Assembly (NCBI GenBank): GCA_002269645.1
Contig: NIVC01002574.1
Span: 1 to 64,000 of the forward strand
DNA: 64,000 nucleotides
Source: Macrostomum lignano
Lineage: Eukaryota
Direction: 5' to 3'
Made by a program: the position numbers and the translations under genes. Positions 9,001 through 22,024 of the stretch are shown here, piece by piece (position 1 is the first letter of the stretch; the number at the start of each line of letters is the position of its first letter). The notes under the pieces are model-generated. The model worked only from the letters and a program-made list of their open reading frames with translations. It searched no databases and was not told the DNA's origin.

Positions 9001-11671
9001 AGGAGGCTGTCCGAGTGTGTCTAGGAGGCTGTCCGAGTGTGTCTAGGAGGCTGTCCGAGTGTGTCTAGGAGGCTGTCCGAGTGTGTCTAGGAGGCTGTCC
9101 GAGTGTGTCTAGGAGGCTGTTCGAGTGTGTCTAGGAGGCTGTCCGAGTGTGTCTAGGAGGCTGTCCGAGTGTGTCTAGGAGGCTGTCCGAGTGTGTCTAT
9201 AAGAGGCTGTCCGAGTGTGTCTTGAAGTGTTTATGGGATGTCTGAGTATCTTGAGTATTGAATGGAAAACGGTTTCTCCCAGTCAAACCCCAGTGTTCAG
9301 TTATTAATGAGGCGCCATCAGTGCAAATAGAGCATGTCAATCTGGACCCTGGCAATAATCTCCCTTTCTCCCGCCAACACCGGTTATTAAAGATGCTGTC
9401 AGCAGCCCCGCCTCTGCTTGGCGAGTTCCTCTCCTCTCCTGCCGCATTCCTCGGGCGGGGCAGGCAAATGGCGCATCCCAGGGGCACTCGTTGCGCGTTT
9501 TATTTGGGATTTGGGATGGACGAGATGGGGGGTGGGCGGAAGCTGACAGACTGCGCGCTGGATCAGGGAGAGGGATTAGATAATCCGGTCCAAACTGGAT
9601 CAGCCTTAGAGATGGAGCTGGGCGGGGAGCTGGGAAGCGGCGGCGGCGGCAGCCAGTTGGATCGGTGGGGAGCTGCCAGTCCCAAGAAACGGACGAAAGT
9701 GCAACCGGCGGTGGCGCCCGAGTGGCCGAGGCGGATGGGGCAGGGGATTAGCTGGGGGGAAGAAGTGGGAAGCAATTGGATTTGCTCGCTCTTCAGCTGG
9801 AACGCAGCTGCAGTGGCGGCGGCCAGGACTGAGTGGAATTGCCCGACGATGAAGCCAGAAGCCGGGGGAGGGGGGAGGCTGTGGGATTTTCCAAGAGCCG
9901 CTTTTGCGACAAAATTGCCCCGGCTGCTGGTACCTGCAGCCAGCCAGCCACCGCCCTCTCCAAGTCCCAGCGGCCCCCATTTAGCCGATTTCTTGCCTGA
10001 TATTTGAGTAGTGGGGAGAGGGGGGAGCGCTAAGGAATCCGTCAACTGTCAAGGTTTGAAAGGAGGAAGATTTTGCTGATTCGCGTGTTTAGACAGACTG
10101 CTACTGTGAGTAGTGAAGAAGGTTTTTCTCGCAGCAAAAGGTCCCAAAGTGAAATAAAATTTTAAGAGATGCTTGGAGACAAGACTGAATGGATGGCGAG
10201 GCGCTAACGCTTCCGGCTCTCGCGCCAAGGTCCCTGAGTTCGATTCCGTCTGCCGGAAGTTGAGCAGTAGATAATTGGATGTGAGCCGGAAGTTGGACAG
10301 TAAATAACCGGATGTGAGCCGGAAGTAAAGCAGTGATTAACCGGATGTGAGCCGAAAGTGGAGCAGTAGATAACCGGATGTGAGTCGGAAGTGGGACAGT
10401 AGATAACCGGATGTGAGCCGGAAGTGGGACAGTAGATAACCGGATGTGAGCCGGAAGTAAAGCAGTGATTAACCGGATGTGATCCGGAAGTTGAGCATTG
10501 GTTAACCGGATGTGAGCCGGAAGTGGAACAGTGGATATCCGGATGTGAGCTGGAAGTGAAGCAGTGGTTAACCGGATATGTGAGCCGGAAGTGGGGGGGG
10601 GGTAATGTAGATAACCGGATGTGCTCAGACTCCGCACCCGCCGGTCTCCCGCAGTACGAGCCCAACCAGTACGAGCCGAGTCCCTACATCGACTTCACAA
10701 ACTACATCAAGAGCAAAGAGTGGATCACGGACGGTCAGGAAGATTTCGAAATTCGGCCATCGCTTCGCCGGCGCCAGGTCCGCTCGAAGATGCGCTGCAC
10801 TCGAGTGAAATTCCAGGACGAGAACGGGCACGAGTACAGCCGCACGTACCAGCGCCTGGTCTACAAGATCCGCATTAGGCGGAACCCGGCCTTCTACCTG
10901 TCAATCCTGGTGCTGCCCTGCCTGCTGCTGTCTTGCCTCACCTGGGTGATCTTTTGGCTGCCGCCAGAGTCGCCGGCCAAGATGCAGCTTGGCATGAACA
11001 TCTTCGTGGCTTTCTTCATCCTGATGCTGCTGCTGGCCAAGACTACGCCGAGCGCGGTGCGCAACTTCCCCTACATCGGCTATTTCTACGGGCTCAATAT
11101 GGTGCTGATCACGCTGAGCACCTTTCTGGCGGCCATCGTGCTCAATCTGTACATGCGGGCCGACAGCCGGGGCCCGATGCATCCGGCGCTGCGCCGTGGC
11201 ATCGTTGACGGCCTCGGCAGGCTGCTGCTGGTACGCCAAGCCGTCCCGCTTCAGGAGCCATCGTCGGAGTCGAAGCCGGACCCGGCCGCGCCGGATGAGC
11301 GGCGCCGTCAGCAGCAGCCGGAGACGGTGGCAGCTGCCCAAAAGTTGCAGCAGAAGTCACCGATGTCCAATTTCGACGGCGCGGTGGCAGGAGTCGCCGG
11401 CGGCCAAGTGGAGCGGGACGTCCGCGAGATCCGGCAGCTGTTCCGAGTCTACGTCGGCCGGCTGAAGGACCGCGAGAGGCGCTGCCAGGCAGCCATGGAG
11501 TGGCGCACTCTGGCCATTGTGCTGGACAGGCTGTTCTTCACGGCCTACGTCATCTGCATCCTGGTGGCCATCATTATCTGCCTGCCGCGGCCGGACACCG
11601 AGATCACGGAAATTGACAGCGTTGGCGCACCAGAGACAGACAGTTGCCAGCACATGAGCGCAGCCTACTGA
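6009..11671 (+). CDS. Nicotinic-acetylcholine-receptor-like Cys-loop channel subunit, non-alpha, predicted anion-selective (about 550 aa)
   Basis: Exons 6009-6644 and 10655-11671 (phase 0). Signal peptide, WKPDIQLYN, Cys-loop CAVEIQYFPFDTQLC, GSWTYD, four TM segments, LDRLFF before M4, and M2 entry PPESPAKMQLGMNIF. Confidence 0.95.
6698..6980 (+). mobile_element. tRNA-derived SINE with a CORE-like central domain
   Basis: A box TAGCCTAGTGG and B box GGTTCGATTCC, then GTGTCCTTGAGCAAGACACTT...GCCTCAGTT...CTGTAAAATGGG and an AT-rich tail. Flanked by TTGCTAG direct repeats at 6691-6697 and 6981-6987. Confidence 0.85.
7310..7770. repeat. GGCACTCAGATATT(GGCACTCCT) minisatellite in the receptor intron
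   Basis: Mixed 14 and 23-24 bp units visible. Confidence 0.95.
8338..9222. repeat. 22-bp minisatellite GAGTGTGTCTAGGAGGCTGTCC in the receptor intron
   Basis: About 40 near-identical units. Confidence 0.98.
10245..10620. repeat. 33-bp minisatellite AGATAACCGGATGTGAGCCGGAAGTGGGACAGT at the 3' end of the receptor intron
   Basis: About 11 degenerate units ending just before the acceptor. Confidence 0.95.
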
Positions 11672-11708
11672 GGCAGACGAGAGACACAAATTGCGGATCT
11701 GGACTACT

Positions 11709-12149
11709 TACTAAAATAACTAAGATGGGCCACTCAGGCATAAGTACTTAGTAAATCAGCTTTCTACTTTCAGTTCAGTAGCAAAGAAGAATACATAAGC
11801 TATTTTATAAAAATAAAGGCTGCTGAAATTACTTTGATAGTTTAGAAGCCCAAGCTTGCAGGCGTAAACAGCTTGCTAATTGGTTCAGCAATAATGTACA
11901 TTAGCCAGTCCACTGAAATGTACATGGCAGCTTTAGACTGGAATTCCAAGCAAGAAAGGTAATAAAATTGGGGCGGGGGGTAGTGTGGAAAAGCGCTGGT
12001 TGGAGGGTTTAAGCTGCGGGTAAGAGCCAATAAATGAGCCTTGGGTTTAAAAATAAGTTAAAATGTTTCTGTTTAACTTACTACTGAACTGAAAGTAGCT
12101 TACATGCAAATGTGCTGAGTTAGTGCTGAGTGTAGTTAACAATCTGTGG
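11709..12149. mobile_element. MITE family copy 1 (about 440 bp; reverse orientation relative to the copies at 43.9 and 55.5 kb)
   Basis: Reverse-complement match to 43956-44396 and 55504-55967; terminal motif AATAACTA(A)GATGGGCCACTCAG. Confidence 0.8.
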
Positions 12150-14419
12150 CTCATCTGGACCGGAAGGTACTGCAATAACTTGATAAGCCCCTCAGCTCTG
12201 CTGCCTTCAACTGAATAGAAAGTTAAACAGAAGCATTTTGATGTATTTTATACGAGGAGAACAGTTAAGACTAGGGCAAGCCTTACTCTGGTCCCCTAGC
12301 GGAACCCCTCCGACCGCGTCTTTCAATAACACAAGCTACACAATCTCCAACCCCACCCCGCCGCCGCACAATTTCGGTGGCACTGGCTAATGTACATACG
12401 GCTGCACCAATAGCAAGTTGTTTACCTCTAATAGTCACTTCAGCTGCCTCTGCTTTTTATAAAGTAGCTTACGCACGCTTCCTTGCTACTGAACTGGGAG
12501 TAGAGATATTGAAAATGCATTAGTGGCAAATCTAGTTACTATAGTAGCATCTTTAGTCTGGAAATGTTGTCCGCTAAAAGTACATAATTTCATAACTGTG
12601 CGGTTCCTTTCTTTTTCAACTGATTTAATTTGTAACGCGACCTACATTTACTTACACTTAGCATCACTTTAGGCTCATGTAAATACTGTAGCAGCTAACC
12701 GTTAACCACCCAGGTTAAGCATTCATTGGTTGGTGATTCAAGAGGTCATTGGGGTTGGATCGGTTGTTGATAGGTCAGGCTCGATTCAAAGTGCAGGCAA
12801 ATTAATTTGGGTCTAAATTGGAATCTCGGCTTGGCTCTGCTCGTGCAATTAACGCCCTTGAGGGCCAACCCCCCATGGCACAGTGAAGTGTACATGCCTA
12901 ACTATAAATAAAGTTAGGGCCGCTGTACACTCCTGTGTGAGTGTGTGCCTGTGCGTAAGACTGCGTACGTATCCGCGCGCTTGTGTGCCTGCTCAGGGGA
13001 GTCGGCGGAATGGGCAGTAATGCCTCTCACTGGTTGTGTGACAATGTCGCTTAAAGTGCGCCAGGGGGTGCGCACACAGCCTCCTGACTCTAACTAAAAA
13101 CTAAATCGGTTGGTGATTTAGGATACCTAGCAACGAATGACGGCACTTTTGCATGCTATCGTGTTACTGAGCCTCAAAAGATGTCAACAGCTCTCAAAAG
13201 ATTCGAATATCAAAGATGAACATTATGTCTGCTTCCTATCAAAAGCAATAGCAATTATTACTGTGCTGAAAAATGAAAACCTCTAATCTCCGTAGTGTAT
13301 TTTTTCGGTAAAATATGCCTCCCAAACTGTTTCCAACTACAGCGGCGTAGCCATATTTAATTAATTAGTAGTACATTTATTTAGCTACCCTGCACTCGAA
13401 CAGACTACTTGTAGTACTGTATTCAGTAGTCTGTAGGTAAACATGCAAGTTTTTTCACTCAAAAAATAGCAATATTCTACTTTGTGCGCATTAATTTCCC
13501 AATTAAGATTCTTCACGTGCTCTCGCGTTCAACTCTTTTTTTGCAAAACAAATAGAAGAATCGAGGAACAGATTGATGATTTACTACTGAGATTGATGGC
13601 CTACTCTGTTCAAAATGCAGCGTGACATGCTTTCACCCGATTGATTGATTGATCGATCCCGTTCCGGCGTGCCTAAAGAGGGAGAAAAATGCAAAAAGCA
13701 CAAAACCCAAATATGATATTTTGATTTCTTTTATCGAAACACGAAAAACTGTATGCGCAAATTATATTTTATACTTAGTAGTAAAATATTAAAATTTTAG
13801 TAACGTGTGCAAATCGCTGAAATACTGTACTACTAACAATAGCGAGCCTGATAAGTAGTATATATGTATATAGAAAGGTGCAGCAGCAATTATTGACAAG
13901 CTATAAAACACAAGACGGAGGGGGCGGAGCGGCTGCATATGTATTAGGGGAGTAATTAGTAAATAATAGCATTACTAAAGATGGAAGCCGTACGGTACAG
14001 TGGTTTTCAAAGCCGATTAAAAACACAAAAAATAAGTGCCAGCATTACCAAGGTACGGGTGTCAGTGCACACAGCGCGTGCTGCCCGCTCCTTGCGTAGA
14101 CGCTCAAACAGCACGCAAATGCAAAATAATAACGGCAAACAACAAATTTAGACAACACCAGTTGGGGTAATGACCGGTAATTGCTACTTGCTAGTAGTAT
14201 AATGACAAAAATGATGACATTGATGACAACAATGTAGTTTAGAAAGCAAGCAAAGCGATGTTTTTGCTAATTAAATTAAAAAATGAGAAACAAAAATTAA
14301 TCCCTTCGTTTTTAGCCTTGCAACTCCTTCGTTGACCTGGTCAGGCCAACTTATCTGATTTCATTCGATTTACATTATCAGACCGGTAACCTTCGATTCT
14401 TTAGAGTGCAACTTCTGGT

Positions 14420-14960
14420 ATTTATAGTGGAATTTCCGGTTATACCATACAAGTTCCGGTATTTTATAGTACCACTTCCGGTTCACTTCTACAACTTCCA
14501 GTATTTTATAGTGCCACTTCCGGTTCACTTCTACAACTTGCAGTATCTTAGAGTACCACTTCCGGTTCACTTCTACAACTTCCGGTATTTTATAGTGCCA
14601 CTTCCGGTTCACTTCTACAACTTCCAGTATCTTAGAGTACCACTTCCGGTTCACTTCTACAACTTCCGGTATTTTATAGTGCCACTTCCGGTTCACTTTT
14701 ACAACTTCCAGCATCTTAGAGTACCACTTCCGGTTCACTTCTACAACTTCCGGTATTTTATAGTGCCACTTCCGGTTCACTTCTACAACTTCCAGTATCT
14801 TAGAGTACCACTTCCGGTTCACTTTTACAACTTCCAGTATCTTAGAGTACCACTTCCGGTTCACTTCTACAACTTCCGGTATTTTATAGTGCCACTTCCG
14901 GTTCACTTCTACAACTTCCGGTATTTTATAGTGCCACCACGGTTTTTACATATACAACGT
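14420..14960. repeat. 42-bp minisatellite CCACTTCCGGTTCACTTCTACAACTTCC(G/A)GTA..., intergenic
   Basis: About 13 units in two alternating variants. Confidence 0.95.
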
Positions 14961-15168
14961 CCGGTATTTTATAGACTTACAGTCGTTTAATAACGAGCAA
15001 TTTAGTGCAAAACGATCTAAGGATGCGAATTCGCTTCGTTAGGGGAAAAAGCCAAGCCCAGCATGCTGTGCAGTGAAAAGCGAGGACTGCAATCAATGAT
15101 CGAACAAGTGCGCTCGCCTCCAGCTAAGCGGCTTCCATTTATACAAAGCAGAGTCCGCGATCAATTTG

Positions 15169-18100
15169 TTACGCGTAGAAGTCCGGATCGTCCGAGTCGT
15201 CCTCGTCGCTGCCGAACGCCGCCCTGGCCTTGGCGGTGCGTCGGCGCTTCCTAGCCGGACGGCCGCGAACGCCGGCGCTGGCCCGGTGGTTGGGCGCGGC
15301 GGCGACGGTCGCGGTGCCAGCGGCGGAGGTAGTTATCTTAATAATCACTGGCTTGACTTCAGCTGATGTCGAAGCGGAAGACGTCGCCGCCGCTGTCGAC
15401 GTAGCGCCGTCGCCAACTATAATGGACGGCTCGTCGGCGCCGTTGTCGCTGTCGTAGCCAGCCGAGGCAGCGGCGCCAACCATTGCAGTTTTGTTCTCCT
15501 TACCGGCTCGCCCGCCAGCCTGTCCAGTTTCCACCTGTTCGCTCTCCAGCTTCAGCAGCATCTTGAGACCTTTGGAGATGCGCGGATGCAGCTGGTCGGC
15601 TTTGCCAGCGTGGTGGCACACCGGGCAGCACCAGTAGTTAGGCATCTGGTCGGAGCGGAGGTCGGCAGTGACGAAGGCCGGATCGAAGTCGGCCGTCTCC
15701 AGCTGGCGCACGCAGTCGGGGTGCAGCAGGCGCCAGCAGACGCCGCACTCGAACAGGTCCAGATCGGGGTCATAGTTGTCTTCTTCTTTTTCAACTTCGT
15801 TGAATTTGCGCGCGTCCCGGCAGAGGAAGCAGGCGGCCTTGGCTGGCAGGCTGCAGGCGATGCACTGCTTCTGAATGCAGCACTGCTTGAGTATGCCATG
15901 GCCGCCGTACTTCACCATGTCGGCGCAGAACACGCACTCGCGGCAGTCCTGCCTGCGGCACGGCTCGCACAGGCGGCAGCGGACTCGCCTGTGAATGAAT
16001 TTGTCAGCTGGCAGCTTGCTCGGACGGGCGGCGCCGCCCGATTTTCGGCCGCGACCGCCGGCGCTGGCGCCGCCGCGCAGCTGCCTGACGTGCCCGGCGG
16101 CCTCCTTGAGCATGCCGGCTGGCCAGCGGATCACCGGGGCGCCCGTGCAGGCCGCGTCGGGCGTGTCGGCAGCGTGCTCCTGTAGCAGCTCTTGAATGTC
16201 GTCTAGCAGGCGATCGGGTTCGGGCAGGTCGGCCGGCACCTCCCTGCGGTTTGGGGGCAGCGGCCTGAGCCACTGGAGCAGCAGGCGGAGGCCCTGCAGC
16301 TCTGCCTGGGTCAGCGCCTGCGGATTAATTAGATGGGGAATGATGGGATCAGAGTGGCAGGTGGATCAAGCCCAGCTTCTCCAACTGATCCCAAATTCTA
16401 GCCTAGTTCCCTGCTGTGACTAATTTGGAAATTGCTGCAATGATGAAATCGGTGCTTCAGTGGCCGCAGCTGACCAGCCACCGGACATTCAGTGGCTGCA
16501 GCTGACCAGCCACCGGAGCTTCAGTGGCCGGTGTCAGTCAGCCAGTCGCTCATTCAGTGGCCGGTGTCAGTCAGCCAGTCGCTCATTCAGTGGCCGGTGT
16601 CAGTCAGCCAGTCGCTCATTCAGTGGCCGGTGTCAGTCAGCCAGTCGCTCATTCAGTGGCCGGTGTCAGTCAGCCAGCCGCTCATTCAGTGGCCGGTGTC
16701 AGTCAGCCAGTCGCTCATTCAGTGGCCGGTGTCAGTCAGCCAGTCGCTCATTCAGTGGCCGGTGTCAGTCAGCCAGTCGCTCATTCAGTGGCTGGTGTCA
16801 GTCAGCCAGTCGCTCATTCAGTGGCCGGTGTCAGTCAGCCAGCCGCTCATTCAGTGGCCGGTGTCAGTCAGCCAGCCGCTCATTCAGTGGCCGGTGTCAG
16901 TCAGCCAGCCCCTCATTCAGCGGCCGGTGTCAGTCAGCCAGTCGCTCATTCAGCGGCCACCTGCTAGCAGGCTATTCCAATCACAGCCAACATTAGTCTC
17001 ACCTGGCCGGGCTGATGCGAGTTCTTCAGCTCGGTGCCGTACTCAGCCATCCGCTCCGCGTAGGCGGCCAGATCCTCGCCCTCTTCCCTAGGCGGCACAA
17101 CGTGCTCCCGGCGCATCAGGCAGCCGGCATAGCGGGCCAGCACGTACCAGTGCAGCTGCATGAACAGCGGGAAGCGGAACTGACGTTTCACTCGGGTTTT
17201 CTCTTCCAGCTCCCACACTCGCAGCTGCAGTTTGATGTTCAACGAGTGCAGATAGTTGCCGCCGAATACTAGCGAGTCTTCCGGCGTGTACACTGCGTGC
17301 ATCCAGCCCGTGGGGATGAAGAAGGTGTTGCCCGGCTCCAGCTCTACTCGCTGGCACTTCTCCACCTGTTGGTTAAGTAGTTGAACATTTTGTTGTGACC
17401 CTCCCGACTTCAGTGACTGACCAATTACCCCCTCAGACTTCAGTGAGTGACCAATCACCCCCTCAGACTTCAGTGAGTGACCAATCACCCACTCAGACTT
17501 CAGTGAGTGACCAATCACCCACTCAGACTTCAGTGAGTGACCAATCACCCACTCAGACTTCAGTGAGTGACCAATCACCCACTCAGACTTCAGTGAGTGA
17601 CCAATCACCCACTCAGACTTCAGTGAGTGACCAATCACCCTCCCGACTTCGGTGAGACAGTACTTTCTTACATTAATATTCAAAGCAGTACAGAGCATTA
17701 TTTAACCATAAACGAAAATATTCTAGGCTATTAGCGAACATGAAAAAATAAACAAATGACTCACCATATCCCCAAAGAAAGTGGCATCCTGCCTACCGGA
17801 CAGTGTCCACTGTTCAAACAGTTGAAAATTGCGTTCAGTAGGCGGCACCAACCAGAAGACTTTGCGGCCGCGCAGAATATGATACCAAACACTGGTGCCG
17901 CCCATATCGACGTGCCAATCTGTGTAACAGTCGGCCACGCTCATCAGTACATACTTGCGCACCTTCGGATAGAACATTGTGTCCATAGAATTGAGCGCGT
18001 CCATTTGTTTCTCGCGCAGATACGGCGGCCAAGCCCGATCGATCCAGTCAATCTGGCGAACAACAGTTGGACTCTCCACATAATTATCCAGCTTAGTGTG

Positions 18101-18508
18101 CGAGAATTCCAAGCTGATTACGTTGAGAATGCGGTCCCTATTGGGGTCTGTGTAGTAGTCAGTCCACTGGCGCATGGTCATAACCAGCGCCTGCTGGGTG
18201 CGAACATCCATGACGTCCACAGGGCGCCTGGCGCCAACCATGAGCTTGACATCGGCTACATTAAACGACTCTGAGGGGACGCGCAGGCCGAGGCCGGTTT
18301 TATTTTTAAACAATAGCGGATTGCGGAAGCCGTCGCGCTGTAGCTCGGCGAGGCCGAAGCCTTCGCCAGTGTCGCGGACGTCCACAAAAGTGGCTGAATA
18401 GTTGGTGGAGTTGAGCTTCTCCTCCAGGTCCCACTCGCGCTGCCCGTCAATCAGTGGGTCGTAGTCCTCCTCGTCTGGGGTCTTGCGTTTTAGTCCTGGA
18501 CGCACCAT
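15169..18508 (-). CDS. KDM2: KDM2-family histone H3K36 demethylase (JmjC, CXXC, PHD), about 751 aa
   Basis: Exons 18508-17765, 17365-17003 and 16317-15169 (phase 0/0). JmjC TDWHVDMGGTSVWYH and GWMHAVYTP; CXXC RCRLCEPCRRQDCRECVFCADMVKYGG...KQCCIQKQC; PHD CFLC...CGVCWRLLHPDC...WCCPVC. Confidence 0.95.
16460..16960. repeat. 33-bp minisatellite in KDM2 intron 2
   Basis: Unit CAGTGGCCGGTGTCAGTCAGCCAGTCGCTCATT. Confidence 0.97.
17400..17645. repeat. 30-bp minisatellite in KDM2 intron 1
   Basis: Unit CACTCAGACTTCAGTGAGTGACCAATCACC, about 8 copies. Confidence 0.97.
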
Positions 18509-21497
18509 GCTGGTTGCTGCTTTTTAGGCTATAGACAGGCTATAGCTAGCAGTGCATGAGATTGGCCAGTGCGATTGGATGTTTAATCTGATGCCAGTAT
18601 GAGCAAGCCTTTATTAAGAGATGGTGTGGATTCTAGGGTCAAGACCCAAAGTAGAGGCAGAAGGACCTGTTTTTTCGTTCCACAGATACTAAATGTTATT
18701 TTGAATTTCTAAAGTTTAATTACAACTACAGTATACTTTATATCAAACAGATAAATAAATACTAATTTTTAACTTTTTAGCCATCTTTTAAATACCATAG
18801 ACGGTTGCTTTACTGCACCAGTGTGCACTTGTGCAAATGTTTTAAGATATAAAGGTAAACAGCAGGAGTAACTATGGCTATATTTAGCTACCTAAATGCC
18901 TCGTCATGTAAGTACCTTTTTATCGTTATTGCTTTATAGAATTTTTGCTATGTTGTATTGTGCTTGTCTGCTTTAGCTAGCCTAGAGGCGAATTTAGAAA
19001 TATAATAAAATGAGGATAGGGGATGCCATATTATTCACAAGAGGGGCACTATAATATTCACAAGAGGTACTATAAGAGGTAAGAGGGGTGCCATAATATA
19101 GATAAGAGGGGCGCCATAATATATACTAGAGGGGAGCCATACTGAACAAACTGGGGGCAATAAGGACCTTTTTTGGCCCAAAAGAAAAGGGGCACCATCA
19201 TTGGTAGACATAAGACTATCTACCTTAAATCTGCCCCTAAGCTAGCCTACTACTAATTTGTTAAGATGCACTTTTAGTTTTCAATTAATACAAGAAATTG
19301 TCTTAGAAAAGCTTTATTAATTTCTTTGGCACCCAAATAGGTTCTTGTTTCTTTGAAAACTAGAACATTGGCAGAAATGCTCTTAGAACAATGGTAAATA
19401 AGAAAATCAAAATATATTTTAAAATAACTTACTTCAAGAGTTAAATATCAAATAAAACAACATGATACCCAAGGAAAAAGCTAGAATTTTAGGATGCCAT
19501 TTAATGTAAGATTAGGATAGAGGGCCCAGGGGGTATACTATACATTTGATCTAGAACATGAAGAATGATGACACAAATCAAGACAATGCCACAAGTTTTA
19601 AATACTCTAAGGTATTTAACTTAGGGCCTAGTATTCGATTTAAATTTGTATTGACTGTTATAAAAGGTTATGCTACAAAATCGATCCTAATAGAAATATA
19701 TAGAACTTATAGTCCAGGTAGCTATAGACTGTGTTGATCGATGCTGATAGTGATAAGCTTAACAATAAGCGATTTTATAAATTGAAAATATGATCATTGA
19801 TTGGGTGTAAACCCTTGGCCTAAAATAACAACCACAAGGGCGAAAATAGTCTAGGCCTACTACTACTAGTCAAAGACAAGAACAACAACTTTATCAAATT
19901 AGGCATTGGGTCCTAAGCCTAGTCTATTAAGGGCTAGAAATAAAAATAGGACATGTTATAAACTTGAAACCTTAGTTTAATCGCCTAATATTCTATTAGG
20001 CCTGGTAGAATAATATATTAGATATTTAACCACAATAATTTAGGTCGAGTTATGATCATAGGCCTAGGCCTAACTAAACTTATAGATAATAACTAACACT
20101 TTGATTCTTGTGAAAAGACAAAGCAAATTTAATTCGAACTTTATACTAGAAGTAGAAATAAACCATTAAGAGAAGTTTCAGTATCATGATTTTTTTCAAA
20201 TCGATTGGACTCTTATAGAGGTTGTATATTTTAAATTTTATCAAACATCTTAATTCCAGCCATAGTTAATTAATTACAAAGTCCGAAAATACAGCAAATC
20301 ACGAACTATTCTACTGGAAGTAGCCTTATACAGATTAAATAAGACAAGTGCATAAGCAAAATTGAAATTCTGCTACTATTGCAGTACAGTTTCTGTAAAG
20401 TTCCAGAATTTTAAAATAAAATTATAAGTATCTTGATTGAAACTTTAAAAAATAAATTTAACCCACAGTTAACTTTATAGCTTAATTACTTAAATCGTTT
20501 GCTATGCTACTGCCTACTATTCCAGGCATTTTTAATACATGTAAGTAAATGAAATAGTTTGTATTGAGTTTAAAATATTTGATTTTCGCTTTCCATTGAA
20601 ACCCAGGCGAAACATCAAATAACAAATCAAAGACATCAATATTATATCATCCCATTTGGTAAACTAAAGCCTTGTAATTTACGTTACAATTTATTATACG
20701 AAGCAGGCGGATTGATTATTTACATTTTTGCTTCAAGATCCAAATTGAACCTGAAGATTGTATTTTCCTTTTTGAGCAAAAGCAATATAACAATATCTAT
20801 ATTTTCTGTATAGCATCGATAATTCACACATTGTCTGTTTAAAAAAATCCGAAGTATTAAAATTAGTCCTTGTTTTTGTGCAAAGAACATTCTTTCTTGT
20901 TGTTTTTTTAATATAAATTGAATGTGCACTGGGGGGCGAACTATGGGCAATATAATTCATGCCCGCCGTTGAACGTCGACGAAGATATGAAGAACAAGCA
21001 AAATTAAGTAACGTCGGGCTTAGCACCACCTTCTGGCCAAGGCCTATGCGATATGGCTCCTCGCAGAATATTAAGACTGTATGATGGGTATATGTATACT
21101 ACGTGTACACATTTATATGATCGGGTGCAGATTACGATCGCGTGCATGTATTTCGCATGCACAACCGCTGTAACATCTAGGTACAGTACAGTTCATCTTA
21201 TATTATTTACTGACGCAGATGTGCAGCATGTAGCTGCGTTATTTCACTGAGCTGCCAATCGAAAATTATGTCAATTTGATTTTTCGACAGTTCAAACTTA
21301 AATTACATTTACGTGCATCTTCACATGCACGTGTGGCATGTGCATGTACAAATGGTACTTTTCACTCAAATTTAAATGTTTATGGACAGTATAACTACAT
21401 GTTTAAATCCCTGAATTGAAGCTGTACAATAATTTACATGCATGCATGCATGCATGAGCATGACTGTCCATAAATGCATATGCATTTTATAAAGCTA

Positions 21498-21634
21498 CAC
21501 TCAACAACAGTCAAAAGTTCCACCTGCCAAGCAAATATATTTTTATTCACCATTTACTGTGTATTTTAAATGAGAATTTTTATCTCTACCTACACGTGAT
21601 TTGTACAGGTGGAAATTTTGACTGTTGCTGAGTA
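21498..21634. mobile_element. Small TIR element (MITE), possible TA target duplication
   Basis: ACTCAACAACAGTCAAAAGTTCCACCTG is inverted against CAGGTGGAAATTTTGACTGTTGCTGAGT; TA on both sides. Confidence 0.5.
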
Positions 21635-22024
21635 TATATATCAACCAAGCTTTTAAACACTTATACATTTACTAAAAGGTTTGAGAAAGTGTAATATTAA
21701 TGCTCGTATGCTGTAGTTACTGTCAGAGAGCTAGCACTATAATTGCACCAGCTAGCCGTTTACGCCACAAGCCACATGTACACTGTGTGACATATATACA
21801 CATTTTACATCTTGTATCTGCGAGCAAGCTACAAGTATAAAGTATAAAGTATCGAGTATAAAGCTAGATTTTTATTTTAAACATTATTGGTAGAAAAAAA
21901 CTGAGTCTGCATGAATGCACTTTATTTTCTTGCATGAAAGTATTGAGTCCGAGTCATACAACACAACTTCTTAACTTTAGGGTCTCAAAATAGTGGGTAA
22001 TTTTTCCGGGTTTTTCCGGGTCTA

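Noticed and set aside
8338-9222. CRISPR-like array (also considered for the 22-42 bp arrays elsewhere)
   Set aside because: Units are contiguous with no unique spacers, there are no cas genes, and the context is a eukaryotic intron.
9258-10045. 249-aa and antisense ORFs in the receptor intron
   Set aside because: G-rich low-complexity sequence with no recognisable domain or splice-consistent phase.
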